From contig CAVXPZ010000001.1 of NCBI GenBank assembly GCA_963763775.1, forward strand, positions 800,001 to 864,000: a stretch of 64,000 nucleotides of DNA. The letters run 5' to 3'. A program made the translations under genes and the position numbers. Under the pieces are notes generated by a model. The model was not told the DNA's origin and did no database searches. It saw nothing but the letters and a program-made list of their open reading frames with translations. Source of the DNA: an uncultured Chloroflexia bacterium. GTDB lineage: Bacteria > Chloroflexota > Limnocylindria > Limnocylindrales > CSP1-4. This document shows positions 1 to 11,140 of the stretch, piece after piece. Each line of letters opens with the position of its first letter. The first letter of the stretch is position 1.

Positions 1-393
1 GAAGAGAGACGCCGGCGAGATGGCCGGCATCAGGCCACGCGCCTCGTCCGCACCGATGACCTCGGCCTCCAGCCCGATCCCGCGTGCCCGGCTCGCGGTC
101 CGCTCGAGCTCCCGGAGCTGGTCCGGGCTCGAGGCGAGCCGCAGGCTCCCGACGCGATCGAACACCCCGAGGCGCTCGTACAGCTCGATGCTGTAGCGAC
201 GGAAGCCCATCATCGTGGCCGACGGGTTGAACGCCGTGACCAGTCCCGCCGCATGGCAGGTCGAGCCGGCGGTCAGCGTCGCCTTCTCGACGAGCAGGAC
301 ATCCGTCCAGCCCGCCTCCGCGAGGTGCAGCGCGACGCTGCAACCGGTGATCCCGCCGCCGATGACGACGACTCGGGCGGTGTCGGCTCCCAT
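1..393 (-). CDS. FAD-dependent oxidoreductase, GcvT/dimethylglycine-sarcosine dehydrogenase family (5' part; runs off window)
   Basis: Manual translation from ATG at 393 gives MGADTARVVVIGGGITGCSVALHLAEAGWTDVLLVEKATLTAGSTCHAAG, which has the GxGxxG FAD motif and the family-typical GST(W/C)HAAG. Confidence 0.85.
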   Translation of the reverse strand, partial: MGADTARVVVIGGGITGCSVALHLAEAGWTDVLLVEKATLTAGSTCHAAGLVTAFNPSATMMGFRRYSIELYERLGVFDRVGSLRLASSPDQLRELERTASRARGIGLEAEVIGADEARGLMPAISPASLF

Positions 394-472
394 CGGCGCC
401 AACGGTACGACGACGCATCCCCTCCGTGGGGCCTCGGGCGCAGGTTCCGATCCCCTCCGCTACGATCGCGCC

Positions 473-1588
473 GTGACCGACCCAGGCGACGAGCGTCCCG
501 CCGAGTCCCGCTCGCCGGCGAAGACCCGCCACGTCGCTCTCGTCGCCGTGGTCTTCGCCGCCGTCCTCATCCTGCTGTTCGGCCTTCTGTCGTACGTCTC
601 GACGCTGCCCGTGGAGGTCACCGTCAACGGGGAGCCGATCGGGGCGGCCGCAGGCTCGCCGGGGTCGCCGGGCAGCGCCTCCCCGGCGCGGTCGCCGGTG
701 GGCACCGGGTCGGCCGGCCCGTCGGGATCGGGTGGACTCCGCGCCGTCGGGCTCGAACGCCGCTCCCGGCGCGAGTCCGTCACCGGGCGGCGACCCGGTC
801 CTCGTCGGCGCCGGGGACATCGCGAACTGCGACCTCGCGGGTGACGCGGCGACGGCGACGCTGATCGAGGGTATCCCCGGCACGGTCTTCGCGGCCGGGG
901 ACAACGCGTACCAGGACGGCAGTCCCGCGAACTTCCGCGATTGCTACGACCCGACGTGGGGCCGCTTCCTCGACCGAACGGTCGCCGTCCCCGGCAACCA
1001 CGACTGGCAGACGAAGGACCTCGCCGGCTACCTCGCCTACTTCGGGACCCACGGGGCGAGGGACGGCAAGACCTGGTACGCCTTCGACCTCGGGGCCTGG
1101 CACATCGTCATGCTCGATTCCGAGTGCTCGAAGATCGGCGGCTGTGACGCCGCGTCGCCGGAGGGCCGCTGGCTGGCCGCCGACCTGGCCGCATCGACGC
1201 GCTCGACTGCACGCTGGCGATCTGGCATCGACCACGATGGAGCTCCGGGATTCCACCGGCGACGACCGGAACGGTCGAGCCGTTCTGGCGGGCGCTCTAC
1301 GCCGCCGGCGCGGACCTCGTCATCAACGGGCACGAGCACGACTACGAGCGGTTCGCCCCCCAGGATGCGAACGGGAACGAGGACCGAGTCCGGGGGATCC
1401 GCGAGTTCGTGGTCGGGACCGGTGGCGCCGAGCTCCGGTCGTTTCGCGACCCCGCGCCGAACAGCGAACTCCGGATCGCCGGCGTCAATGGGGTCCTGAA
1501 GCTGACGCTCAAGGCCGACGGCTACGACTGGCAGTTCATCCCGACCGCGACTGACGTCGGCGACGCTGGCTCGGGGCCGTGCCACTGA
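473..1588 (+). CDS. Membrane-anchored calcineurin-like metallophosphoesterase (frameshifted in this sequence)
   Basis: N-terminal TM helix and Ser/Pro linker, then GDIA, GDNAY, GNHD and GHEHDYER motifs spread over three frames. Confidence 0.8.
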
Positions 1589-1597
1589 CGCGACCGG

Positions 1598-2537
1598 TCA
1601 GTCCCCGGCCGCCTCGTGAAGGGCGTGCTCGAAGGCCGGCTCGCTCGCGTTCGCGAGCAGCCGGTCGAAGTGCTCGGCGGCGTACGCCACGAAGTCGACG
1701 TCGAGCGTGCTGATCCCCTGCTGGAGCACGCCCCACATCGCTTCGCGGAAGTCCGAGACGATCCGCATGAGCGTGAGCCGCGCCGCCCGTGCGGGCCGGA
1801 CCTCGCCGTCGTAGGCGCCAAGCAGGATCGCGTCCTCCGCCGGCGTGAGCTCGTGGTTGATGCTGAAGTTGCCGAGGTCGAAGAAGGGGTCGCCCATCCC
1901 CGCGTACTCCCAGTCGACGATCCGGATCCGCGTGCCGTCATCGATGAAGTTCGCGTTGAGCAGGTCGTTGTGGCAGGGCCGCAGCTCGACCGGCGAGGCG
2001 AGGCACGCCAGCTCGATCCGTCGGCCGATCGCGGCCGCGAGGTCGTACTCGGCCGGGATCGGCACCCCGCGCGCGAGGGCGAGCGCGCGATAGGCCTCGC
2101 AGATCCGGAGCGGCACGAACAGCCCGGGGATGGCGGGCCCGTCATGGATGCGACGCAACGAGTCGGCGACGCGGCGCAAGGTCTCGGGCTGGTGGACGGC
2201 CGCATCGCTGACCGGCGAGCCCTCGATGAAGCGCGTGACGAGGTAGCCCTCCGGCCGGATGAACGCGGCGACCTCCGGGCCGACGCCGACCCCCGCGGCC
2301 GCCACGGTCGCCGCGTGCTCGACCTCCCGGCTGATCCCGAGCAGGTGGGTGTCGTTGCCGGCCAGCCGGATGACCCAGCGGTCGTCCGTCCCGCTCGCGC
2401 TGACGAGGAAGTTTCGGTTCGTGATCCCGCCCGAGAGCGGCGACCAGGGTCAGGTCGCGCCCGGCCAGCTCCGGCAGCCGGCCGAGCGCGTCGACGAGCG
2501 TGTCACGCAGCTCACCCCGGAGGGGTGCCTCCGACAC
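1598..2537 (-). CDS. Choline/ethanolamine kinase-like phosphotransferase (APH family); frameshift near 2440
   Basis: LSGGITNRNF N-terminal motif, Brenner motif CHNDLLNANF, and IVDWEYAG. Confidence 0.85.
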
Positions 2538-4203
2538 CTAGCCGATGGTCGTGTGACCGGTCGCCGCATCCGCGGCGGATTCGACGTCGTGGGCCGAGCC
2601 GCGGACACCGAGGAGGTAGTAGACGATCCCGACGATGACGACGATCGCCGATCATCGTCTCGAACGTCGGCCACGCGGGCAGCCCTGAGATCTCCTGTCC
2701 GAACGGCTTCAAGAACGAGTTGATGAACGGATTGGTGGTGAGGCGGCCCGTCGCCACCGAAGTTGCCGAATAGCCCGGGATCGATTCCAGAGGCCGATGT
2801 TGATGAGCATCAGGCCGCCCCAGACGAGGGCGGCCACGATGTTGACCGGCATGCCCCATCGACCGAGGTTGAACCAGGCCGCGCTGCGCGCGGCCAGCCC
2901 TTGCGACGCGCGTTCATGACGCCGAGGTTGCACAGGAAGTAGCTGAGGTAGATCAGACCCGGTCGCGGCGATCGACAGGAAGAACCCGCCAAGCGGCCCG
3001 ATGACCAGGATCGGGATCGCGGCGAGGACCCCGACGGCGATGGCCGCATTCGCCGGGGTCTGGAACCGCGGGCTCACATGGCCCCAGAGCACGACCGAGC
3101 GGCAGGTGGTTGTCGCGTCCCATCGAGAACATCAGCCGCGTCGCCGCGCCCTGGATGGCCAGCGTGCACACGAAGACCGAGGCGAGGATGACGAACAGGT
3201 AGATCTCGCCGACCGTCAGACCGTACCGACGATCGCCGTGTTCAGCGCATCGGTGATGGTGGTCGCGATCGGGAAGCCGCCCGCCTGGCCCTCGGCCATC
3301 GCGTCCGGGATGCTCGGGATCGCGAGGATCACGGCGACGAGGAACACCGCCCCGACCAGCCCCGAGACCAGGAGCGACGACAGGACGCCCTTGGGCGCCT
3401 GTCGGGTCGCGTCGAGCGTCTCCTCGCCGAAGGTCCCGGCCGTGTCGAACCCGTACACGATGAACAGCGACATGAACATGCCCAGGGCGAATGCCGGCAG
3501 GTAGTCGCCGCCCGTGGCATCCTGCGCTCCCCCGGTGTCGACCAGGACGGATGGCGGCTGCACGTGCGCGAAGATCAGCAGGATCAGCGCGAAGACGAAC
3601 ATGCCGAGGATCTCGGTCGCGACGCCGATGTTGTTGAGGATCGACAGCAGGCGCACGCCGTACGCGTTGATGAGCGTCGTGACGATGAGGACCGTAATAG
3701 CGAGATGAACGTGAACATCGTGGTGATGCCGAGCGGGATCCGGCGAGTCGAGGAACGCGACCTCGCCGCGCGCCGTAGGCCGCGCTGTGGATCCCGTCGA
3801 TCACGAACGCGACGATGACGGCGACCGCGCTGACGGTCACGACCTGCGCCCAGAAGTAGAACCAGCCCGTGAACCAGCCAAGCCCGCGGTTGGACAGGCG
3901 CTTCGACCACTGGTAGATCGAGCCCGCGACCGGGAAGTGGCTGGCCAGTTCGGCGAACACCAGCGCGACGAGCAGCTGACCGACGATGACGATCGGCCAG
4001 CTCCAGAAGAACGCCGGACCGCCCAGCCCGATCCCGACGCCGAAGTTCCCGTACGAACCGGTCGAGACACTGATGAACGCGAAGGCGATCGCGAAGTTGG
4101 ACAGGAACCCGAGGGTCCGCTTCAGCTCCGGCTTGATGCCCAGGGCGCGGAGTTGCGCGTCGTCGCGCGCGGCGACGTCCTGGGGGCTACTCGACTCCGC
4201 CAC
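2538..4203 (-). CDS. APC-family amino acid/amine permease (several frameshifts)
   Basis: ELKRTLGFLSNFAIAFAFIS, ELASHFPVAGSIYQWS and YGFDTAGTFGEET...AP motifs; many TM segments; strong AGGAGG RBS. Confidence 0.85.
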
Positions 4204-4319
4204 GATCTCCTCCTCCTACCGCCGCCCGACCCGGGCGAGACTGACCTCTGGGGAGAGACGCGAGGACTGAAGGGCACCGGACCCCACCGGACTCCCTCAA
4301 GCCGGTCGAGTTGCGGGCG

Positions 4320-4347
4320 AGGATAGCACCGCCGCTGCGCCCGTCAA
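4320..4347 (-). promoter_or_regulatory. Putative sigma70 promoter of the permease operon
   Basis: Minus strand reads TTGACG-N16-TATCCT with a TG extended -10. Confidence 0.5.
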
Positions 4348-4403
4348 CGACGTATTTCGCGCCGTGTAGGGCGGGTCGATGCGGGATTCGTGCGGATCGC
4401 GGG

Positions 4404-5498
4404 CTAGGGGTCCAGGCGGTAGAACCGGAAGTTCGGGTGCTCGGTCGGCAGCACCGTGAAGCCCGTGAACCCGGCCTCACGCGCGATCGCCTCGACCGCG
4501 GACGGCCGCAGGACCGTGCCGGTCGCGACGGACGGCTGGTCGAACCGGCCGTTGGGCAGGCAGCCGACCACGCTGAACCCGTAGAAGAGCCGCTCGACCT
4601 CGTCGCCCGGCGCCGTGAACCGCTCGGCGACGCGCTCGTCGGCCACGAGGATGGCACCGCCCGGGGCGAGGAGCCGGGCCGCCGCCTCGAGGACCTCCAC
4701 CGGGCGGGACATGTCGTGCAGGGCCTCGAAGATCGTCACCAGGGCGTATCGACCCGCACCGTCGGCGGCGGCCGCATCGGCCGTCAGGAAGCTCACGCGG
4801 TCGGCGACGCCCTCGGCGGCGGCGTGCACCCGCGCCCGCTCGATCGACCCGGGGTCGATGTCGATGCCGTCGACGGACACGCCCGGGAAGTGCTGGGCGA
4901 TGGCGATCGACGACCAGCCGGTCCCGCACGCGACGTCGGCCACGCGGCCCGTGCCGGCACGGAGTCGGGCCGCGACGTCCGGCAGGTCATCGATCCACGA
5001 CCCGACGTACTGGCGGAAGTGCGGGCGGTTCATCGCCTCCTGCGCCTCGATCACGTCCGAGCCGTAGTCGGCCCAGTCGATGCCGGCGCCGGTCCGGAAC
5101 GCGTCCATGACCTCGGGCAGTCGCTGCGTCGTGCCGACCATGAACCGGGTCAGCGGCGCGAGGAGGGCCGTGCTCTCCGGGTCGAGGAGGACCTCGGCAT
5201 GCCCTTCGGGGAGCGTGTAGCGCCGGGCATCCGGATCGGCATCGACATCGTCGACATCGAGGACGCCGCCGACCGCCTGGTGTTCGAGCCACTCGCGCGC
5301 GTAGCGGGCGTCGATCGCGGCTCGGCCCGCGAGCTCCGCGGCGGTCGCGGGACCGCCGTCAGCGAGCGCCCGGTACAGACCGAGCCGTTCGCCCAGGTAC
5401 ATGACCTGGACATCGAGCGACCCGAGGATCCCTTCGAAGATGCGCGCGCTGAGCGCGTCGCGCCTCGCCTCGGCCGCCTCCACGGCGTTCGTCGACAT
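4404..5498 (-). CDS. Class I SAM-dependent methyltransferase with N-terminal winged HTH (Rv2258c-like)
   Basis: VADVACGTGW SAM motif; YAREWLE and FEALHDM motifs. Confidence 0.85.
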   Translation of the reverse strand: MSTNAVEAAEARRDALSARIFEGILGSLDVQVMYLGERLGLYRALADGGPATAAELAGRAAIDARYAREWLEHQAVGGVLDVDDVDADPDARRYTLPEGHAEVLLDPESTALLAPLTRFMVGTTQRLPEVMDAFRTGAGIDWADYGSDVIEAQEAMNRPHFRQYVGSWIDDLPDVAARLRAGTGRVADVACGTGWSSIAIAQHFPGVSVDGIDIDPGSIERARVHAAAEGVADRVSFLTADAAAADGAGRYALVTIFEALHDMSRPVEVLEAAARLLAPGGAILVADERVAERFTAPGDEVERLFYGFSVVGCLPNGRFDQPSVATGTVLRPSAVEAIAREAGFTGFTVLPTEHPNFRFYRLDP

Positions 5499-5516
5499 CG
5501 CGTCCCTCCCTTCCGA

Positions 5517-6924
5517 TCAGCCGGCGGCGACGACCTCGCGCAGGACGTCCGGCATCGGGCGATGGAGCTCCACCGGCCGGATGTACGCGGCGATCATGTC
5601 GCGGGACCCATTCACGCCGAGTTCCGTGAAGAGGAACGAGATCTTGCGCCGCTGCGCAGCCAGGATCTCGTCTTTCTCGGGCAGGTCCCAGAGCTGGCGC
5701 TTGAACGGCCCGATGGCCTTCTTGCGGGTCGTGTAGACGAACTGCTGGTCCGTCTGGCCCGGCTTGCGCTCGTCGAGGGCGTTCGCGTAGCACCACGCCT
5801 CGATCTCCCGGTGCATCGACTCCGGGAACGCCGGGTGCTCGTACAGGGCGTTCTGGAACCCGGTCGCGAGGTGGATCTCGGCGGTGTCCACGGCCGGGAA
5901 GTGGTGGAACAGCTCGTCGGGCAGCGTGGACGCGCCGTGCTGGACGGCCCCTGCAAGCCCGTACTCACGGGCCACGACCCCGAGCTCCCGGAGGACCTCG
6001 AAGTCGAGCTTGACCTCCGCCACCCCGCCGCCGGGGAGCGGCACGCCGCCGTGGCTGGTGCCCGTCTGGACGCTGACCTTGGAGATCCCGGCAGCGCCCG
6101 GGTGCGCGGGCGTCGAGCTCGCGGCGGTAGCCGTCGAGATAGGCGCGCAGCTCCTCGACCGTGGAGTTCTTCGTCCCGACCTCGCCGATCTCGCCGCCGA
6201 CGCTCACGGTGACCCCGTCGGCCTCGAGCGTCCGGATCAGGGCGGTCAGCTCGGCGGCACGCCGGTAGTTCTCGTGCTGCTGGGCCTCCACCGTCGGCTT
6301 CGAGAGGTCGACGAGCGTCGACGAGTCGATGTCGATGTTCCGGTAGCCGGCGTCGATGGCCAGCCGGCAGGCGCGCCGGATCTCCTCGGTCATCGCCTCG
6401 GGGTCGGCGGCGTACTTCTTCGCGTTGAACTGGTAGTGGTCGCCCTGGATGAACACCGGGGCACGCCATCCCGCGGCGATCGCCCCGGCGAGCACGGCCG
6501 TCGCGTAGTCGATCGGCCGCTGGAACGTGTACGTCTGCTCGCTCCGGGCGAGCTCGAGGATGACCGCGCCCACATCGGCCGCGGCGGCCGTCTCGTAGAC
6601 GGTCCGGGCCATGTCGAACACCTGGGCCCGCAGGTTGATCGCGGGGACCGTGAACCCGGTGACCTCGCCGCGCGCGCGGGCGCTGTAGAGCTCCTGGATG
6701 CTCGCCGACGGCGCGCCGAGCACCTGGCTGGCCTCCCAGACGATCCATTGCGCCGCCAGCGTGGTCGCCTCGTCCTCCGTGAACGCGGCCGTCCAGGCGA
6801 GGTCGCGGATGGCCTCGTTCCGGAAGGCCGCCTCGTCGTCGATGACGAGGAGGTCGCCATCGAGGTGGGCGGCCGGTCGGATGGCGGTCAGAAGGTCGGC
6901 GGGCGAGCTCGCGACGTGCGGCAT
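5517..6924 (-). CDS. Class II fructose-bisphosphate aldolase family protein (frameshift near 6095)
   Basis: VPAINLR, QGDHYQF, IDIDSS, GGEIGEVG, VQTGTSHGG, VQHGAS and EIHLATG motifs. Confidence 0.85.
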
Positions 6925-7047
6925 GGTGGGGTGATCTCCTGGGGTTCGGGGTTCACCGCCATGGTACGTCCGACGCATCGCGCCGCGCGACGTCGAGTCC
7001 GGTGACGCTCCCAGCGGGACCAGTGTCCCGACGGATGACGATGCGGC

Positions 7048-7536
7048 TCAGAGCGTCGGCTTGACCACCATCAGGAACACGATGATGACGATCATCAGAC
7101 CAAGGAACATCCCGCCGCGCTGGATCTTCTTGACCGTGGCGACCACCTCGGGCGGCGGCGGACCGGGCGGCGTACCCGGGGGTGGCGGCGTGGCGCCGAG
7201 CTCGATCAGGTGGTGCAGCGTGTTCCGCTGGATCGTGAGGGCGTAGGTCAGGGTGATGAGGTACAGGATGATCCCGAGCCCCAGCCAGAGGTTCCCCATC
7301 ACGTTGAACCCGGCGGCCCAGATCAGCAGCACCCCGGTGATCCCCTGGAAGATGGCGAGCGGATAGACCAGCTTGTTGCCGATGGAGGCGACTTGTCGCG
7401 AGCTGAAGTTGGCATGTTGCGGCTCGCGGGCGGCCGCCGCGCCCATGATCGAATACGCGAAGGTCGGCCCGAACGCGATGATCGCGCCCATGACGTGCAG
7501 GAAGAGCAGGTACGGGACCAACTGCGCGGCTTGCAT
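7048..7536 (-). CDS. DUF2269-like membrane protein
   Basis: LFLHVMGAIIAFG N-terminus, four TM helices and a LMVVKP C-terminus. Confidence 0.7.
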   Translation of the reverse strand: MQAAQLVPYLLFLHVMGAIIAFGPTFAYSIMGAAAAREPQHANFSSRQVASIGNKLVYPLAIFQGITGVLLIWAAGFNVMGNLWLGLGIILYLITLTYALTIQRNTLHHLIELGATPPPPGTPPGPPPPEVVATVKKIQRGGMFLGLMIVIIVFLMVVKPTL

Positions 7537-7593
7537 CGGCGTCCTCTTCATCTCGAACGTGACCTTGTCCCCCACGACTCGCGGAGGATAGGC

Positions 7594-9702
7594 CTACGCG
7601 GAGCGCTTCGTGCGGCGTCCGACGAAGTCGACGAGGACGTACTCGCCGAGATGCTCGGGTTCCGCGTAGAAGGCGCGCCCGCGGTTGAGCTTCGTCATGT
7701 GCGCCACGAACTCCGCGAGGGCGCGCGAGCGCTCGAGCATGAACGTGTTGATCGTGATCCCGGCCTTCGTACAGCGCTGGACCTCGAGGAGGGTCTCGGT
7801 GATCGTCCGGCGCGTCGGCGGATAGTTGAACTCGACCTGGCCGTCCTCGAAGTGGGCGGTCGGCTCGCCGTCGGTGATGACGACGATCTCGCGATTGGCC
7901 GCCGCCTGGCGCTCGAGGATCCGGCGGGCCAGGAGCAGCCCGTGCTGGAGGTTCGTCCCGTACTCGTACCCGTGCCAGCTGAGCTCGGCGAGTGATCCGG
8001 GACGGATCTCGCGGGCGTAGTACGCGAACCCGATCACCGACAGGTGGTCGTGCGGATACTGCGTGCGGATGAGCGTGTCGAGCGCCACCGCGACCTGCTT
8101 GGCCGCGAGGAAGCAGCCGCGGAGCAGCATCGAGCGGCTCATGTCCACGAGCAGGACCGTCGCGGTCCGGGTCAGCTGCTCGGTGCGGAACACCTCGAAG
8201 TCCGTCGGGGCGAGCCTCACCGCGCGCTCGCCGCGGGCCTGCCGGGCGAGCGGGGCGTTCTCCTCGCGCCCGAGCGCGTTGGTCAGCGTCGCCCGCAGGT
8301 CGAGGTGGAACGGGTCGCCGAACTCGTACGGCTTGCTCGTCTCCTCGCGCTCCCCTCCCCGGCCGGCCCGCTCGATCCGGTGCCCGCCGAACGCGTCCCG
8401 CTGGAGCCGTCCGAACAGGTCGTCGAGGACCTTCTGGCCGATCCGGCGGCTGCCTCGGGGTGTCAGTTCGAGGCGCTCGCCGTCGCGGGTCAGGTAGCCG
8501 GCCGCCTCCAGGCGTCTGGCGAGGTCGTCGAGGGCATCGAGGTCGCGCAGCCCGTCATCGCCGAGCAGGTCGTGGACCATGTCCCGGTCGAGCGATCCGA
8601 GGTCTCCCGGCCCTTCCACGTCCGAGAGCGCGTCCTCGAGCCGGTCCATCGCCGCGAGCCGCTCGATCTGGGCGAGCGCGCCTTCGAGGCCGAGCGGCTC
8701 GTCACCCCCGAACGGGACGCGGTCGCCGAGCCCGCCCGGCAGCAGGAGGTCGAGGTTGCTCGCGAGCTGGGCGAGGTCGACGCGCAGCCGGTCGTCCTGG
8801 AGGAGCGCGTCCATCATCGACTCGAGCTCGGCCCGCTGCTCCGGCGACATCGAGCGCAGGAGCGACTGCATCGCGGCCATCCGCGCGGCCAGCTGGTCGA
8901 TGACGTCGTCGAAGGTCTGCGCACCCGGGAAGAACCGGCCGTGCTTGGCGAGGAACTCGCTGGCGTCCGGGTCCCCGCCGCCGATCCGCTCGCGGATGAG
9001 CTCGTTGAGGTCACGGACCATCTCGCGGTTGGCCGCGAGGTCCTCGGGCCGCATCGAGCGGATCGCGTCCGACATCCCGGACACGTACTGGTCGAGCATC
9101 TGGCCGCGAAGCCGCGTCAGGAGCTCGTCGAAGCGGCCGCGGGCGTCCGGCTCCATGAAGTCGTAGTCCTGGAGGCCGCGCAGCCGCTCGCCGACATCGG
9201 CCGGCAGCCCGTCGAGCTGGTCGAGCCGGCGAGCCGCCACGTCCCGCAGCATCTCGCGGAGGGCGGGGTCGGCGGCCTCCGGATCGGCGCGGGACGCCTC
9301 GTCCAATCGGCGCTCCACGCCCACCCGCTCGTCGGCCACGATGTCATCGAGTTCCCGGCGGATGTCCCCGAGGACGTCGCCGAGCCCGTAGCGCTCGAGC
9401 GCCTCCTCGCGGCGCCGCTCAAGGCGGTCCATCAGGTCGCGGAGACCGGCCAGGTCCGTGCGGGTCGGATCGTCGGATCGCCAGCCACGTTCCATCAGCC
9501 GCCGGAGTGCCTCGGCCAGGTCGCCCTCGGCCATCACGTCGTCGGCGAGCGCGTCCATGATCTCGTCGGCGCCGAGGTCCGGGACCTCCTGCGTCCCGTC
9601 CCAGCGGGAGTAGCGCGCCCGGCCGGTCGGCCCGGATCCGCCTCCTCGGTCGTCGCGGATCCCGGCGGTCAGGTGACCCGGATCCGGCGAGTACGCGGTC
9701 AC
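7594..9702 (-). CDS. VWA domain protein (Rv0959-like partner of the AAA+ ATPase)
   Basis: RYSRWDGTQ N-terminus; MIDAS motif DMSRS; GTNLQHGL and ITDGEPT. Confidence 0.85.
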   Translation of the reverse strand: MTAYSPDPGHLTAGIRDDRGGGSGPTGRARYSRWDGTQEVPDLGADEIMDALADDVMAEGDLAEALRRLMERGWRSDDPTRTDLAGLRDLMDRLERRREEALERYGLGDVLGDIRRELDDIVADERVGVERRLDEASRADPEAADPALREMLRDVAARRLDQLDGLPADVGERLRGLQDYDFMEPDARGRFDELLTRLRGQMLDQYVSGMSDAIRSMRPEDLAANREMVRDLNELIRERIGGGDPDASEFLAKHGRFFPGAQTFDDVIDQLAARMAAMQSLLRSMSPEQRAELESMMDALLQDDRLRVDLAQLASNLDLLLPGGLGDRVPFGGDEPLGLEGALAQIERLAAMDRLEDALSDVEGPGDLGSLDRDMVHDLLGDDGLRDLDALDDLARRLEAAGYLTRDGERLELTPRGSRRIGQKVLDDLFGRLQRDAFGGHRIERAGRGGEREETSKPYEFGDPFHLDLRATLTNALGREENAPLARQARGERAVRLAPTDFEVFRTEQLTRTATVLLVDMSRSMLLRGCFLAAKQVAVALDTLIRTQYPHDHLSVIGFAYYAREIRPGSLAELSWHGYEYGTNLQHGLLLARRILERQAAANREIVVITDGEPTAHFEDGQVEFNYPPTRRTITETLLEVQRCTKAGITINTFMLERSRALAEFVAHMTKLNRGRAFYAEPEHLGEYVLVDFVGRRTKRSA

Positions 9703-9712
9703 CCGGGTCTCG

Positions 9713-11140
9713 TCATCGGTGGTACACCGTGCCGCCCGCCACGCGCTCCTTGTTGATCCGCCGGGCGAGGTGCAGGCCCTCCAGCAGGAACTCGACCGCC
9801 GAGGCGACGACGGCCGGCTCTTCCGCGCCGTCGGTCACGTCGTACGTCCCGAGTCGGTCCACGGCGACGGCCAGACCCGGGACCTCCCGCATCCACGCGA
9901 CGTAGTCTCGTGACGGCGTCCGGTCGCCGGTCTCGACGATGAACCCGTCGTCGAACGCCTCGACGACCGGCTCGAGCGCGTCGAGGTCCACGTGTCGCGT
10001 GAACGTGGCGTACAGGGCCTTGGTGATGAGCCGCTCGACGATCCGCTCCTCGGGCGCCTCGTCACCGACCGACTCGAGCTCGACCTTGCCGACGGTCGAC
10101 GCCACGACCGCGCCGAGGTCGGAGACCCGCGGCGACCCGAGGGGCTCGCCGAGCCGGACGGCCCGCTTGAGCGCGGCCGCCTCGAGCACTTCGGTGTTCG
10201 CCACGGACACGCGCACGCTGACGCCCGACCGTTGGCTGATCTCCGGGGAGCGCCGGGCGAGGTGCGTGAGCTCCGCCACCAGCTCCTCCATGAACGGCGG
10301 CACGACGACCGCGGGCACGCCGTCGACGGGGTCGAAGCGTCGCTTCTCCTGGCGGACGATGGCCATCTCGCCCTCCAGCGTCCGCGGGTAGTGGGTCCGG
10401 ATCTGCGACCCGAGCCGGTCCTTGAGCGGCGTGATGATGCGACCTCGGGAGGTGTAGTCCTCCGGGTTGGCCGAGGCGACGACGAACAGGTCGAGCGGCA
10501 GCCGCACGATGAACCCGCGGATCTGGACGTCGCGTTCCTCGAGGATGTTGAGCAGGCCGACCTGGATCCGCTCGGCGAGGTCGGGGAGCTCGTTGATGGC
10601 GACGATGCCGCGGTTCGCGCGCGGGATCAGCCCGTAATGAAGCGTGAGCTCGTCCGACAGATAGCGGCCCTCGGCCACCTTGATCGGGTCCACTTCGCCG
10701 ATGAGGTCGGCGATCGTGATGTCGGGCGTCGCGAGCTTCTCGGCGTATCGCCGGTCGCGCGCCAGCCAGTCGATCGGGGCTTCGTCGCCTTCGAGCGCCA
10801 CGATGGCCTTCGCCGCGGGGCTGATCGGGGCGTACGGGTCGTCGTTGAGCTCGCCGCCGCGCACCACGGGCGTCCACTCGTCCAACAGGCCCACGAGGGC
10901 TCGCGCCATCCGGGTCTTGGCCTGACCGCGCTCGCCGAGGAACACGAGGTCCTGGCCCGCGAGGATGGCGTTCTCGATCGCCGGGACGACCGAGTCCGCG
11001 TAGCCGACGATCCCGGGCAGGACCTCGGCGCCGGACGCCAGCCGGGCCAGCAGGTTCTCGCGGAGTTCGTCCTTGACCGACCGCGACCGCCACCCGGAGG
11101 CGCGGAGTTCGCCGATCGTGGCGGGGCGGGTGTCGCTCAT
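9713..11140 (-). CDS. AAA+ ATPase, Mg-chelatase/sigma54-interaction-like (Rv0958-like)
   Basis: True start MSDTRPATIGEL at 11140; Walker A GERGQAKT; INELPDL; SANPEDYT.RGRIITPLKDR. Confidence 0.85.
   Translation of the reverse strand: MSDTRPATIGELRASGWRSRSVKDELRENLLARLASGAEVLPGIVGYADSVVPAIENAILAGQDLVFLGERGQAKTRMARALVGLLDEWTPVVRGGELNDDPYAPISPAAKAIVALEGDEAPIDWLARDRRYAEKLATPDITIADLIGEVDPIKVAEGRYLSDELTLHYGLIPRANRGIVAINELPDLAERIQVGLLNILEERDVQIRGFIVRLPLDLFVVASANPEDYTSRGRIITPLKDRLGSQIRTHYPRTLEGEMAIVRQEKRRFDPVDGVPAVVVPPFMEELVAELTHLARRSPEISQRSGVSVRVSVANTEVLEAAALKRAVRLGEPLGSPRVSDLGAVVASTVGKVELESVGDEAPEERIVERLITKALYATFTRHVDLDALEPVVEAFDDGFIVETGDRTPSRDYVAWMREVPGLAVAVDRLGTYDVTDGAEEPAVVASAVEFLLEGLHLARRINKERVAGGTVYHR

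Noticed and set aside
4204-4315. Guanidine or glycine riboswitch before the APC permease
   Set aside because: No ykkC, mini-ykkC (ACGR loops) or glycine-aptamer consensus could be recognised; only short generic stems.
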